Below, piece by piece: positions 28,723 to 37,690 of a DNA stretch of 62,460 nucleotides. The DNA is from a virus (lineage: Duplodnaviria; Caudoviricetes): positions 1-62,460 of IMG/VR virus record IMGVR_UViG_3300027852_000006. The stretch is one strand, 5' to 3'. Every line of letters starts with the position of its first letter. The first letter of the stretch is position 1. The notes under the pieces were generated by a model, which saw only the letters and a program-made list of their open reading frames with translations, was not told where the DNA came from and ran no database searches. Both the position numbers and the translations under genes were made by a program.

Positions 28723-28763
28723 GACCACAGTGTTATAAAATAATTAGGTATTTGGAAAAACCA

Positions 28764-28801
28764 AAGCCCTAGCCAAACTTATATTGGTTGGGGTTTTTTT
28801 T
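28764..28801 (+). terminator. Intrinsic terminator
   Basis: gccctagccaa/ttggttggggt stem followed by a T run. Confidence 0.7.
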
Positions 28802-28940
28802 GTGTATAGCCCAATATATAACTAATTGAATCATTTTTGGACATGTGCTGAAATGACAATTGGTGAGTATTATTGGGATTAAACTATTTTATTGGTGTGA
28901 TTTGGACATGTGCTGAATCGCAAAAATGAAAGGATATAAA

Positions 28941-29747
28941 ATGTCTGACAAAGAAAAAGCATCTGAAGTTTTGGATCAAAAAAATGATGATGCAGGAGAT
29001 GGTGTATTAGAAGATGGCAACGTAATCGGTGATGGTGCAAAAGAAGTTGAATCTGATATTCCAGAAGCTAACTCTTCGGATGGCGACTGGGACAAGCAGC
29101 GGCAATTTCGCGATGAACTTTCAGCGGCCAATAAACGTCAGCTACAAGCCGAGCAACACATCAAAGAGTTGACCGACAAAGCTGACGCGGCCCAATCGCA
29201 GTTGGAAGAAATTAAAAGAGAAAATGCCAACAACGACGATCCTGACCTTGACGAATATGATGATATGCAAAAGCATGTCAAGAATATGACTAGCAAGTTA
29301 AGTGATCTGGAAGGACAAGTCGTAGATTCTCGTACAAAAGCTATTGAGGCTCAATCTCAATTAACTGAACTTCAAAATCAGATAATTGACAGGGAAGCCA
29401 GGGCTGAAGGCACAAGGCTGCTTAATCAGGAAATCAAAAACAATGAGAAGCGATTGGGCACCACCAAACATACCAATAAGATTTTGGATTTGGTTAATAA
29501 AGAATACGATGACAATCAAATACATCTAATGCCAGACAAACCACGAAAGGCGTGGATACAAAATACGTTAAAATTGCGGTTCACTGAAGCTGCTGAAAAA
29601 GCAGGTTCTTCTACCGCTAAAACTAAAAACGCCAATGCTCCAGTAGACACTGGTTCTGGTGGTAGCGGTCCTCCTGACGCTGAGATTACTGAAGGCAACA
29701 TAAATGATGTTGTTGCTCAAATGAAAGCCAAGTATGAGGGCGGCTAA
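28941..29747 (+). CDS. Capsid scaffolding protein
   Basis: Acidic N-terminus, long coiled coil, Gly/Ser linker; directly upstream of the capsid gene. Confidence 0.75.
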   Translation: MSDKEKASEVLDQKNDDAGDGVLEDGNVIGDGAKEVESDIPEANSSDGDWDKQRQFRDELSAANKRQLQAEQHIKELTDKADAAQSQLEEIKRENANNDDPDLDEYDDMQKHVKNMTSKLSDLEGQVVDSRTKAIEAQSQLTELQNQIIDREARAEGTRLLNQEIKNNEKRLGTTKHTNKILDLVNKEYDDNQIHLMPDKPRKAWIQNTLKLRFTEAAEKAGSSTAKTKNANAPVDTGSGGSGPPDAEITEGNINDVVAQMKAKYEGG

Positions 29748-29781
29748 TTTCTTAAAAGAAAATGAAAGGATGTGATTTTTT

Positions 29782-30915
29782 ATGGCTAGTAATTTAACTG
29801 AAGCGACCAGGGAAATGGTCGATAAAACATGGAGAAGCGCTGTAAGTTATGGCAGTCCATTGTTTACTCGTTTGATTGAACGTAAGCAAGTGATTGAAGG
29901 TGGTCTTAAATTCCAGCAATTGCTTGAAACTTCTGATATGCAATCACTTGTGCAGGAATATGGGCCCAATGACGGTCTTGTTGGTGGTTCAAAAGAATTT
30001 ATTGATAAGCCGGAGTTTGTAAGGGCTTTCATTCAAGTTCCTTTGGAAAAGAGTGTTGACGAAAGTGTCATGAATGCTCCGAAGGGCGACCATCAGTTGC
30101 TCAATATTGCCAAGAAAAATACGCAGCGTGGCATAAAGGGCGTCAAATTACAAATGATGCACCGTATGTATGGCTGTGCTACTGATACTGAAATTGACGC
30201 ATATCATACTTATATGCAGGGTCTACCGTCAGCTTTGCTGGAAAATACCACTTATGGTAGTATTGCCAGGTCTGGTACTACTACTGGTGGCTTTTGGCAA
30301 TCTGCCGATTATTCAGCATGGGACACAGCGGTCAATATTAACAAATACAATGTTAATACATGGCTTGACTCTTGCTTGGAATACTCAGAAGATCGCGGCG
30401 AATTTCTCATTGTCATGGGTAATACACTTTATAACCGGCTCAAAGGCATTTTTGAGGCATCTAACACATACACGCCAAAGGCTAATAAATCTGAACAGGG
30501 GTTTGAGTCGATGGAATTTGATGGCATAGAGATCGCCAAGTGTTATTTGCTTGATAGAATGGTTTCGACTGGTTCAACCAATAACCAGGGAAGTGTTTCT
30601 ATTTTGCATAATGGGTCCAAGACAATCAATTCCGATATAGGAGCAACTACATCCGCTGGTCTATGCGGAAATTCCTCTTATGATGGCAATCAGTATGTCT
30701 TTGTTCTTGACTTGCGAACGTGGAACTTGAGATATAGTTTTAATCCAGATGACAGTGGTAAAAGGGCTGGTGATAGTCCTTTCATCATCACTGATTATTT
30801 CGATCAATCTCAGCTTGAGGGTGGTGTTGAAAAAGCACTAGCTCGCGTTAAGTTCCGTGGCAATCTATGTTGTGACCTTCCCAATCATAATCTTATGAGA
30901 GCGAATGTCTCTTAA
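29782..30915 (+). CDS. Major capsid protein (HK97 fold, BPP-1 Bbp17-like)
   Basis: SPLFTRL..IEGG, TYGSIAR..FWQ, GFESMEFDG, GNLCC.LP; strong RBS; canonical position. Confidence 0.85.
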   Translation: MASNLTEATREMVDKTWRSAVSYGSPLFTRLIERKQVIEGGLKFQQLLETSDMQSLVQEYGPNDGLVGGSKEFIDKPEFVRAFIQVPLEKSVDESVMNAPKGDHQLLNIAKKNTQRGIKGVKLQMMHRMYGCATDTEIDAYHTYMQGLPSALLENTTYGSIARSGTTTGGFWQSADYSAWDTAVNINKYNVNTWLDSCLEYSEDRGEFLIVMGNTLYNRLKGIFEASNTYTPKANKSEQGFESMEFDGIEIAKCYLLDRMVSTGSTNNQGSVSILHNGSKTINSDIGATTSAGLCGNSSYDGNQYVFVLDLRTWNLRYSFNPDDSGKRAGDSPFIITDYFDQSQLEGGVEKALARVKFRGNLCCDLPNHNLMRANVS

Positions 30916-30944
30916 TTTTTTCTAATGAAAGGATGTGATTTCTT

Positions 30945-31553
30945 ATGGCAGAATCAACAATGGATCCTTCGACATTATTTCTTTACGATTTAGTGCCGGG
31001 GCCGATAACTTATGATTTGCCCCCAGCGGATGCTTCTGGGGATGTGTTTGGTAATGCTACTCATTGTAATGTGGCTACCGCCGCATATCAGATAGGTAAA
31101 AAAGTAGGAGTATATTCAACTGCTACAGATGGAACAACTTCTCAGCCTGGCTGGTCTGTTCTAACCTATCTGAGGTTTCAGAAGGGTGCTGACACAGACG
31201 CGGCAATTGGTGATTTGTGTTGCAAGCCTCTTAGCGCGACGGTGCCGTGGTATGATGTAACCCAGGACGGCGATTCGGCTGCTGTTAATTATGGACCATT
31301 CGCTGCAGTTGCTTGTGTCGCCATGACTGATAATTACTATGGGTGGTTCTGGACTGGTGGAGTGTGTCCGTATCAGCACGCACCAGACTTAGCGGCTGAT
31401 ACGACTTGTATTGTTTCAGCCACAGATGATGTGGCTGCTGGCGACGCCTTGGTTTTGGCAGACGCTTCAACGGCAAAGCAGTTGGGTGTTGATAATGTTG
31501 GTACTTTGACTTTACCGATTATTGGTTATGCTTTGACTGATGACGCCGAATAG
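30945..31553 (+). CDS. Capsid cement/decoration protein (Bbp16-like)
   Basis: Follows the capsid gene with a near-identical RBS (aatgaaaggatgtgattt); VA..AM..N.YGW motif. Confidence 0.65.
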   Translation: MAESTMDPSTLFLYDLVPGPITYDLPPADASGDVFGNATHCNVATAAYQIGKKVGVYSTATDGTTSQPGWSVLTYLRFQKGADTDAAIGDLCCKPLSATVPWYDVTQDGDSAAVNYGPFAAVACVAMTDNYYGWFWTGGVCPYQHAPDLAADTTCIVSATDDVAAGDALVLADASTAKQLGVDNVGTLTLPIIGYALTDDAE

Positions 31554-31571
31554 AAAGGTGGTATATAGATT

Positions 31572-32219
31572 ATGGCTAATTATTTCGATAATCCTATCAC
31601 CGGTTATAAGCAATATCGTGGTAAGTTCGATGGTGGTTTTATAGAACATGGAGAGTATTCGTTTACGACTACCTCGACCACCGTGTCAGTTCCAACTTAT
31701 TTCAGTAAGATTGTTGCGGTTATGATTACACCGCAGGAAACACTGGGATATAATGAAACTCTTTTTGCCGATCTTACTATTGCCACTGGAACAATCACTG
31801 TTTCACGGGTAGCGAATACTAAGTACCGTGAATTTCATTTTGCTATCGACAATGGTCAGTTTGCCAGTGATGATTTATCGGCAACTCCTTTGATGATAGC
31901 TCAATCGGCAATGACTTTGACAGCGGTAGAGGTGTATTGCGGTACAATAAATACTGGTACACCGATATTTGATCTTGGCGATGCGGTCGATGACGATGAG
32001 TATGTAGAATCTGAATCGGTGACTGGCGGCGATGGTGCTACAATTGAGTGTACTATTGACGATTCTACTGTGGCTGCTGATGACGTGCTTATTGCTCAGA
32101 CAACTGGTGGTACTGGTGGTACGCCTGCGGATTGGTGTATAAGTTTGGCTGCTACCGAAGCTGCGGGCTCTTACACGAGTGCATTAACCTTTAACTATAT
32201 GTTTGTCGGCATCTATTAA
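31572..32219 (+). CDS. Putative head decoration protein, family D (copy 1)
   Basis: EHGEYSFTTTSTTVSVPT...ITVSR...LTFNYMFVGI. Confidence 0.6.
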   Translation: MANYFDNPITGYKQYRGKFDGGFIEHGEYSFTTTSTTVSVPTYFSKIVAVMITPQETLGYNETLFADLTIATGTITVSRVANTKYREFHFAIDNGQFASDDLSATPLMIAQSAMTLTAVEVYCGTINTGTPIFDLGDAVDDDEYVESESVTGGDGATIECTIDDSTVAADDVLIAQTTGGTGGTPADWCISLAATEAAGSYTSALTFNYMFVGIY

Positions 32220-32235
32220 GAAAGGCAGGTGTGAT

Positions 32236-32994
32236 ATGGCGGTAGATATTACCAATCACTTTGCCGGTCATATGAATGGGGTGCAGATTGAATATGGTCA
32301 AAGTTCTTTTAGCGGAACAGGGTTGACGGTGCAAGTGCCTTGTAGTTTCGGTAAAATTACAGGTTGTTTCATAACGCCTAAACAAGAGACAAACAGTGCA
32401 GAGCGTTATGTTTGCGATTTGGTTTCCGACGGTGGTGTTACGACTGTGACACGAGTGTGTGCGTTGCGGCAGGTGAGTTTTCCTATTGATAATGCTCAAT
32501 CGGAAAGCTCCAATTTGCCATTTACGCCATTGATGATTGCTCAGCGTGGCATGGTATTGTCAAATGTCAATTGGTTTCATGGCACAAGCTGGGGGCCAAG
32601 TAGTCCTTTGTTTTATCTTGGCACTTCAGCTAGCAATGGAGCCTATATCAATGGTTCTGCGATAAGTGGTGCAGCGACTAACAACACAGCGACTACATTT
32701 AGTAGTTTTGTTGCTTCCAGTATTGATGATGGAACAGTTATCGGTTTTAAGACGACTGATGGGCTTGGCCAATCCTCTACGCCGTCTGCGACTTCTACGG
32801 GCACTCCTAGTGCAACGTCAACCGGTTCTGCGTCTCCGTCATCTACCCAATCAATTACTGCATCCGCAACGGATTCGGCGACCGCTTCTGCTTCTGTACA
32901 AGCAGAGCAGCCGTCTGACTGTTTTGTTGCAGTCAATTATTTTACGCCGGAAAGTGATTTGCAGTTTAGCTATATCATTTTAGGTATATGGTGA
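32236..32994 (+). CDS. Putative head decoration protein, family D (copy 2) with Ser/Thr-rich insert
   Basis: Paralog of copy 1 plus SSTPSATSTGTPSATSTGSASPSSTQSITASAT. Confidence 0.6.
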   Translation: MAVDITNHFAGHMNGVQIEYGQSSFSGTGLTVQVPCSFGKITGCFITPKQETNSAERYVCDLVSDGGVTTVTRVCALRQVSFPIDNAQSESSNLPFTPLMIAQRGMVLSNVNWFHGTSWGPSSPLFYLGTSASNGAYINGSAISGAATNNTATTFSSFVASSIDDGTVIGFKTTDGLGQSSTPSATSTGTPSATSTGSASPSSTQSITASATDSATASASVQAEQPSDCFVAVNYFTPESDLQFSYIILGIW

Positions 32995-33024
32995 TAGTTA
33001 TGTTTTTTAAGTAAGGATAACATT

Positions 33025-33324
33025 ATGGCATTTGATGAAAATACAATGTTTACCAGTTCAATTAGTGGGTTTGTAGTTGATCTTGGCGAATACTCCTTTG
33101 TTACTACAGGCACAACCGTGGAAATTCCGACTAGGCTATCTGTCTGTTACGCTTCATACGTTATGTCCAAAGTAACCATGACAAGCGGCATAGAGATTTT
33201 TTTCAGTGATAAAATTATCACTAATGGGGCTATTACAGTTAGTAGATTAGCTCAGACAGATACCGGGGGATCACCAGGTTATACAAGTGGACTGACAATT
33301 AGTTATATGTTCATCGGTGTTTGA
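33025..33324 (+). CDS. Putative head decoration protein, family D (copy 3, short)
   Basis: GEYSFVTTGTTVEIPT...ITVSR...LTISYMFIGV. Confidence 0.6.
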   Translation: MAFDENTMFTSSISGFVVDLGEYSFVTTGTTVEIPTRLSVCYASYVMSKVTMTSGIEIFFSDKIITNGAITVSRLAQTDTGGSPGYTSGLTISYMFIGV

Positions 33325-33347
33325 AAGTTATCGTTCCTTTTCTCCTG

Positions 33348-33396
33348 CTTGCAGTCGGCGTAAGACTAAGGTTTTGCGTCGGCTGTAAGTTTTTTT
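33348..33396 (+). terminator. Intrinsic terminator after the head genes
   Basis: cttgcagtcggcgtaagac/gttttgcgtcggctgtaag stem followed by T7. Confidence 0.8.
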
Positions 33397-33429
33397 GAAA
33401 AGGGAGTATTTGTTCTAGGAGAAAATCTT

Positions 33430-36144
33430 TTGAGTAATGAAAAACTGGCAATAGTTATACCGGCTCGGAACGAGATATATCTACAGAGAACCATTGATGG
33501 AATATTGGAAAAAGCTGAAGGTGATATAGAAGTTATTGCTATCTTAGATGGTTACGATGTGCCTGTGACCCAAGAGGGTAAAGACTCACGGGTAAAAGTA
33601 ATTCGTAACAAGACTTCTATAGGCCAACGGGCGTCAACTAATCTTGGAGCAAGAAGTAGTGACGCTAAGTATTTCATGAAATGCGACGCTCACGTATCGT
33701 TCGATCAAGGCTTTGATGTTAAATTAGAGGCTGATTTTGAGGACGATTGGACGGTAATGCCGCAGATGTATATTATTGATGGACAGGAAAGGATTGCGAC
33801 CTGTCCGAAATGTCACACCAGAACAACCTCGAAGAAAGACAGCAAGGGCAAAAAACACCCTTACTATTGCAAAGCGTGTGATAGATTATATGAGGAACAG
33901 GATTGCTTAGTTATAGATAATCCATCTTTTTGGCAGCCGAAATGGCATAAGAAAATGGATTTTATGTATATTTCCAATGAACCTGGGTTAGTCCATAGGG
34001 CCCAATACTGGTATAAGTTTGCCAAGCGACCAGAAGCTAAGCAAGATTTGGTAGAAGTAATGACTGGCCAGGGAGCGGTATGGTTTCAAGACAGGAAGAG
34101 ATTTTTGGACCTTGGCGGCCTTGACGAAGGTCATGGAAGTTGGGGTCAAGTTGGAATGGAGGTAGCTTGTAAGGCATGGTTGTCTGGTGGTCGACATTTA
34201 ATCAATAAAAAAACATGGTTTGCTCATTGGTTCCGCGGTAATAATCCTGGGTTTCCTTATCCTTTACGACAAAAGGATATGAATTACGCTAGGGATTATT
34301 CAAGAGACTTGTGGCGTAACAGCAAATGGCCATTACAAAAACTACCACTTACATGGCTAGTACGTAAGTTTTGGCCGGTACCAACATGGACTGATGAAGC
34401 GATAACTGAATTAGATAAAACATGTAACAAAAAAGCAATTATTTATTATACAGATGGCACTTTGGATAGCATACTAGCTGAACAAATACGCAAGAGATTG
34501 AAAGAAGCTGCTGGCGATATACCAATTATATCTGTATCACAAAAGAAAATGTATTTTGAAACCGATGTCCGCGTTGGCAAAATAGGCAGATCACATTTGT
34601 CAATGTTCAAACAGATATTGGCAGGACTGGAAAAAGCTAAGGAAATGGGAGTTAATGTTGTATTTTTGGCAGAACATGATTGTCTTTATAGCCCTGAACA
34701 TTTCAAGGTTTCTCTTTACAGTGATAAAAAGTTTTTCTATAACAATAATTTCCTGTGGGTACGACATGGAGGAAAGAAACATGGTCAGTACTCAAAGCCC
34801 CCCAAGTCTCGCAAGTTGATGTCACAATTGACATGTAACAGAGAGTGTCTGACTAAAGCAATAAAAGAGAGAATTGCTATGTTGGAAAAAGGCTTGGAAA
34901 TGCCACGTGGTATAGTTGGTATATGTGAGCCTGGCGCCAATGAGCAGGTATTAAAGAGAAAAATACTAGAACAATGCAAAGACAAGAATATAGACACAGG
35001 ATTTCTTGATGGATTTTTTGATTGGAAATCAGAAGATTTTGCCACAAAACGATCTAATTTGGATATCAGGCATGGTGGGAATTGGACTGGTACCCGTAAT
35101 GGAACTGATGTTTCTGACACCGCTCCATATTGGGGAAAGATGTTACATGCTTTATCTGGTTTGTCTTACAGGGTTATTGACAGTAAATGGTATCAACCTG
35201 CGACTATAGACGGAGTCAAAATGTTGGCACGATTTTCACGGTCGCGGCAGAGTAAGTTTTATGGGCAAGGTAGGTGGGATAATTTTATAGAACCGCTTAT
35301 TCCATTCAAAGACTGTAAGAATCGTGTTTTCGTAGACGCCGGATGTAATGCTGGCATGTATCTTGTTAATGCCGCCGATATGGGATTTGGGAAAGTTATA
35401 GGCATTGAAGCAAATAAAACTTATTTCGATCAAGCCTGTTTTTTGCTGGAGCATTATGACCATAAAATAAAAGTGATCAATAAAACTATTGGTGGTGATA
35501 TGCAATTAAAAGAATTGCCAATCGCTGATATTACATTAGCCGCCAATGTATTATATTGGATCAAACCTAAGTTGGTTCAACAATATGTAGATCAGTTAGC
35601 AGAAAAAACACTTTATTGTTTAGTGGTTAGCAGGGATATGGAGAGCAGGAAATTTGCCAGCAAGGCTAATGGTGATTTCGTTAAAGCGATGTTTGGTTCT
35701 AACTGGCAGTTGGAAAAAGTCATTGAAAATGTGGATCAATTTGGTGATCCGGCACCAACGCCAATGTTCAGTATGCTATTTAAGAGTAATCTTATAACAA
35801 GATATAAAGTTGATGATCTTTATAACGAAGAAACATTTTGCAACAAAGCCGTATACAGAGATAGTTATAAAAAATTCAACGAAAAAGCAATGATTGGCCG
35901 TATTTTTGATGTGAGGACTACAGACTTTTATAAGTATGTAGTTAGTCGGGGTAAATGGGGCAATGATCCAATTGCAAGAGTAAGGAAGTGGGGACAGACG
36001 GCTTATGATATCAAGAAAAATGGACAAAAGACTCCTATTGAAATCAACTCGAACGGTTCGATAGAACATGGACTCCATCGATTGATTGTCTGTCATCAGT
36101 TAAATAAGGAATATATTGTAGCATACACCAAAAGAAAGAAATAG
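33430..36144 (+). CDS. Multidomain glycosyltransferase: ppGalNAc-T-like GT-A with Zn ribbon, second GT-A, SAM methyltransferase, ParB/Srx-like tail
   Basis: IVIPARNE, KCDAH (DxH), GGLDEGHGSWG..GME...KAWLSGG, HWFR; FLAEHDCLY; VDAGCNAG; IEHGLHRL. Confidence 0.85.
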   Translation: MSNEKLAIVIPARNEIYLQRTIDGILEKAEGDIEVIAILDGYDVPVTQEGKDSRVKVIRNKTSIGQRASTNLGARSSDAKYFMKCDAHVSFDQGFDVKLEADFEDDWTVMPQMYIIDGQERIATCPKCHTRTTSKKDSKGKKHPYYCKACDRLYEEQDCLVIDNPSFWQPKWHKKMDFMYISNEPGLVHRAQYWYKFAKRPEAKQDLVEVMTGQGAVWFQDRKRFLDLGGLDEGHGSWGQVGMEVACKAWLSGGRHLINKKTWFAHWFRGNNPGFPYPLRQKDMNYARDYSRDLWRNSKWPLQKLPLTWLVRKFWPVPTWTDEAITELDKTCNKKAIIYYTDGTLDSILAEQIRKRLKEAAGDIPIISVSQKKMYFETDVRVGKIGRSHLSMFKQILAGLEKAKEMGVNVVFLAEHDCLYSPEHFKVSLYSDKKFFYNNNFLWVRHGGKKHGQYSKPPKSRKLMSQLTCNRECLTKAIKERIAMLEKGLEMPRGIVGICEPGANEQVLKRKILEQCKDKNIDTGFLDGFFDWKSEDFATKRSNLDIRHGGNWTGTRNGTDVSDTAPYWGKMLHALSGLSYRVIDSKWYQPATIDGVKMLARFSRSRQSKFYGQGRWDNFIEPLIPFKDCKNRVFVDAGCNAGMYLVNAADMGFGKVIGIEANKTYFDQACFLLEHYDHKIKVINKTIGGDMQLKELPIADITLAANVLYWIKPKLVQQYVDQLAEKTLYCLVVSRDMESRKFASKANGDFVKAMFGSNWQLEKVIENVDQFGDPAPTPMFSMLFKSNLITRYKVDDLYNEETFCNKAVYRDSYKKFNEKAMIGRIFDVRTTDFYKYVVSRGKWGNDPIARVRKWGQTAYDIKKNGQKTPIEINSNGSIEHGLHRLIVCHQLNKEYIVAYTKRKK

Positions 36145-36146
36145 TA

Positions 36147-36335
36147 ATGGCGAAGAAAAAAACAAAAAGTAAGAGTGCTGTGCCTAGTTATCCAGTCTTG
36201 CAAAGAATTAACGCTTCTATTACAAAAGCCAAAAATGGTTATGTAGTTGAATCTTACGGGCCAAATGGTGAATCAACTTATATAGCTAAAACTAAAAAAG
36301 AGGCCAAAGAGCGGGCAGCTAAACTTTTGGGATAA
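36147..36335 (+). CDS. Small basic hypothetical protein
   Basis: ITKAKNGYVVE motif. Confidence 0.55.
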   Translation: MAKKKTKSKSAVPSYPVLQRINASITKAKNGYVVESYGPNGESTYIAKTKKEAKERAAKLLG

Positions 36336-36341
36336 AAAATA

Positions 36342-37034
36342 ATGGCTCTTAATTTCACAGAACTTGGGACAGAGTTGCAAGCTGAACTTGGCAAAACTGG
36401 CGACACTTCTCTTATTACAACCACAAGGGTTGGAAGATGGATTAACCAGTCATTGATAGATATTATTTATCAATGGCCCGGTTTGCGTGATGTGAATGTT
36501 TTGGATAAACATACATGGCAATGTCAAAGTGATACGTATGAATATGATGTAAAGGATTTTATTGATAAGCCGATAGCTCATATTATAAAGATCAGGTATG
36601 TTGACACAACGAATAGTAATTATCGTCAGATAGAGCCATTTACTGGTGGGCTGGATCAATGGGATGCCCAATATCCTTATATTCCTAATTTAAGCACTGG
36701 TATTCCGACGTGTTATTGCAGACGTGGTAATACAGTCGAGTTGGCTCCGATGCCTGGAAGTGACCAGGACTTAGTTCCTATCTGGATAGAATACACTTAT
36801 TTGCCGCGGGCATTGTCTGGGACCGACACTCCTGTTTTAACTAATTTTGATGAATGTTTAATTCAATGGGGCAAGTCTTATGCGATGCGGCTATTAGGTA
36901 AAACCAACGAAGATACTGCTATGTTGATGGCAGCTAACGAGCAAAAACAATATGCCATGCAATTAGTAGGTGATCGAGTAAAAGGTGAAAGGGATTGGGA
37001 TTACATGGACCAGATTCCTTACAATGGTCCGTAA
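36342..37034 (+). CDS. Head-tail adaptor (tubular protein A / gp4-like)
   Basis: RWINQSL, GIPTCY, LAPMP motifs; position. Confidence 0.7.
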   Translation: MALNFTELGTELQAELGKTGDTSLITTTRVGRWINQSLIDIIYQWPGLRDVNVLDKHTWQCQSDTYEYDVKDFIDKPIAHIIKIRYVDTTNSNYRQIEPFTGGLDQWDAQYPYIPNLSTGIPTCYCRRGNTVELAPMPGSDQDLVPIWIEYTYLPRALSGTDTPVLTNFDECLIQWGKSYAMRLLGKTNEDTAMLMAANEQKQYAMQLVGDRVKGERDWDYMDQIPYNGP

Positions 37035-37061
37035 GTTATAAAAATCTTTGAGAGGCAACCC

Positions 37062-37286
37062 ATGATATTAGAACTATTGGCACAAGGAAATCTTGCTGTA
37101 GAACCTGGGATTACAATTGGTACTGGAGCGGCTGGGTTGATGGTTGGTATTATTGCTAAACATTATTGGCCAAAAAATGGGAGATATACCACAAAAGAAT
37201 TATGTAATGAAAAACATAAAAACCTTGAGGGGTGGATGAAACGCATTGATTGCAAATTAGACGATGCCTTAAATAACCGGAGGTAA
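37062..37286 (+). CDS. Small TM plus coiled-coil protein (holin-like candidate)
   Basis: One hydrophobic segment, then C..KHK.L...MKRID.KLD. Confidence 0.4.
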   Translation: MILELLAQGNLAVEPGITIGTGAAGLMVGIIAKHYWPKNGRYTTKELCNEKHKNLEGWMKRIDCKLDDALNNRR

Positions 37287-37291
37287 AACTA

Positions 37292-37690
37292 ATGGCAGGG
37301 ACAGCTACCGTTAGAATAATGGCAGCGATAACTGATTTAGGTCAGGTAGCACCATTATCAACGACATATACAGTAAGTGGAGTGGATGAATATGCAGGTC
37401 CTTTTTATGAAGAACTCGCCGCTACAACTACAGTCGAGGTGAGCAGTGGACAAATTGATACAGTAACAGGAATGTATATTAAATTAGTATCTGGGGGGAC
37501 AACTGCGGCAACTGGATTATCAATTGATATAGCCGCTGCTTCTGACTGGACTACGGGAGACATGGTTTTGGTGTCCGGTCAATCAATCTTCTTTGTGCCT
37601 GTTTACACAGCAGGCGATGAAACCTATATTAAAAACCTGAATAGCTCGGCAGCAACGATACAATATCTTGTTTTTGGTGATAGTACCTGA
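37292..37690 (+). CDS. Putative virion protein
   Basis: Beta-rich ORF in the tail module. Confidence 0.55.
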   Translation: MAGTATVRIMAAITDLGQVAPLSTTYTVSGVDEYAGPFYEELAATTTVEVSSGQIDTVTGMYIKLVSGGTTAATGLSIDIAAASDWTTGDMVLVSGQSIFFVPVYTAGDETYIKNLNSSAATIQYLVFGDST

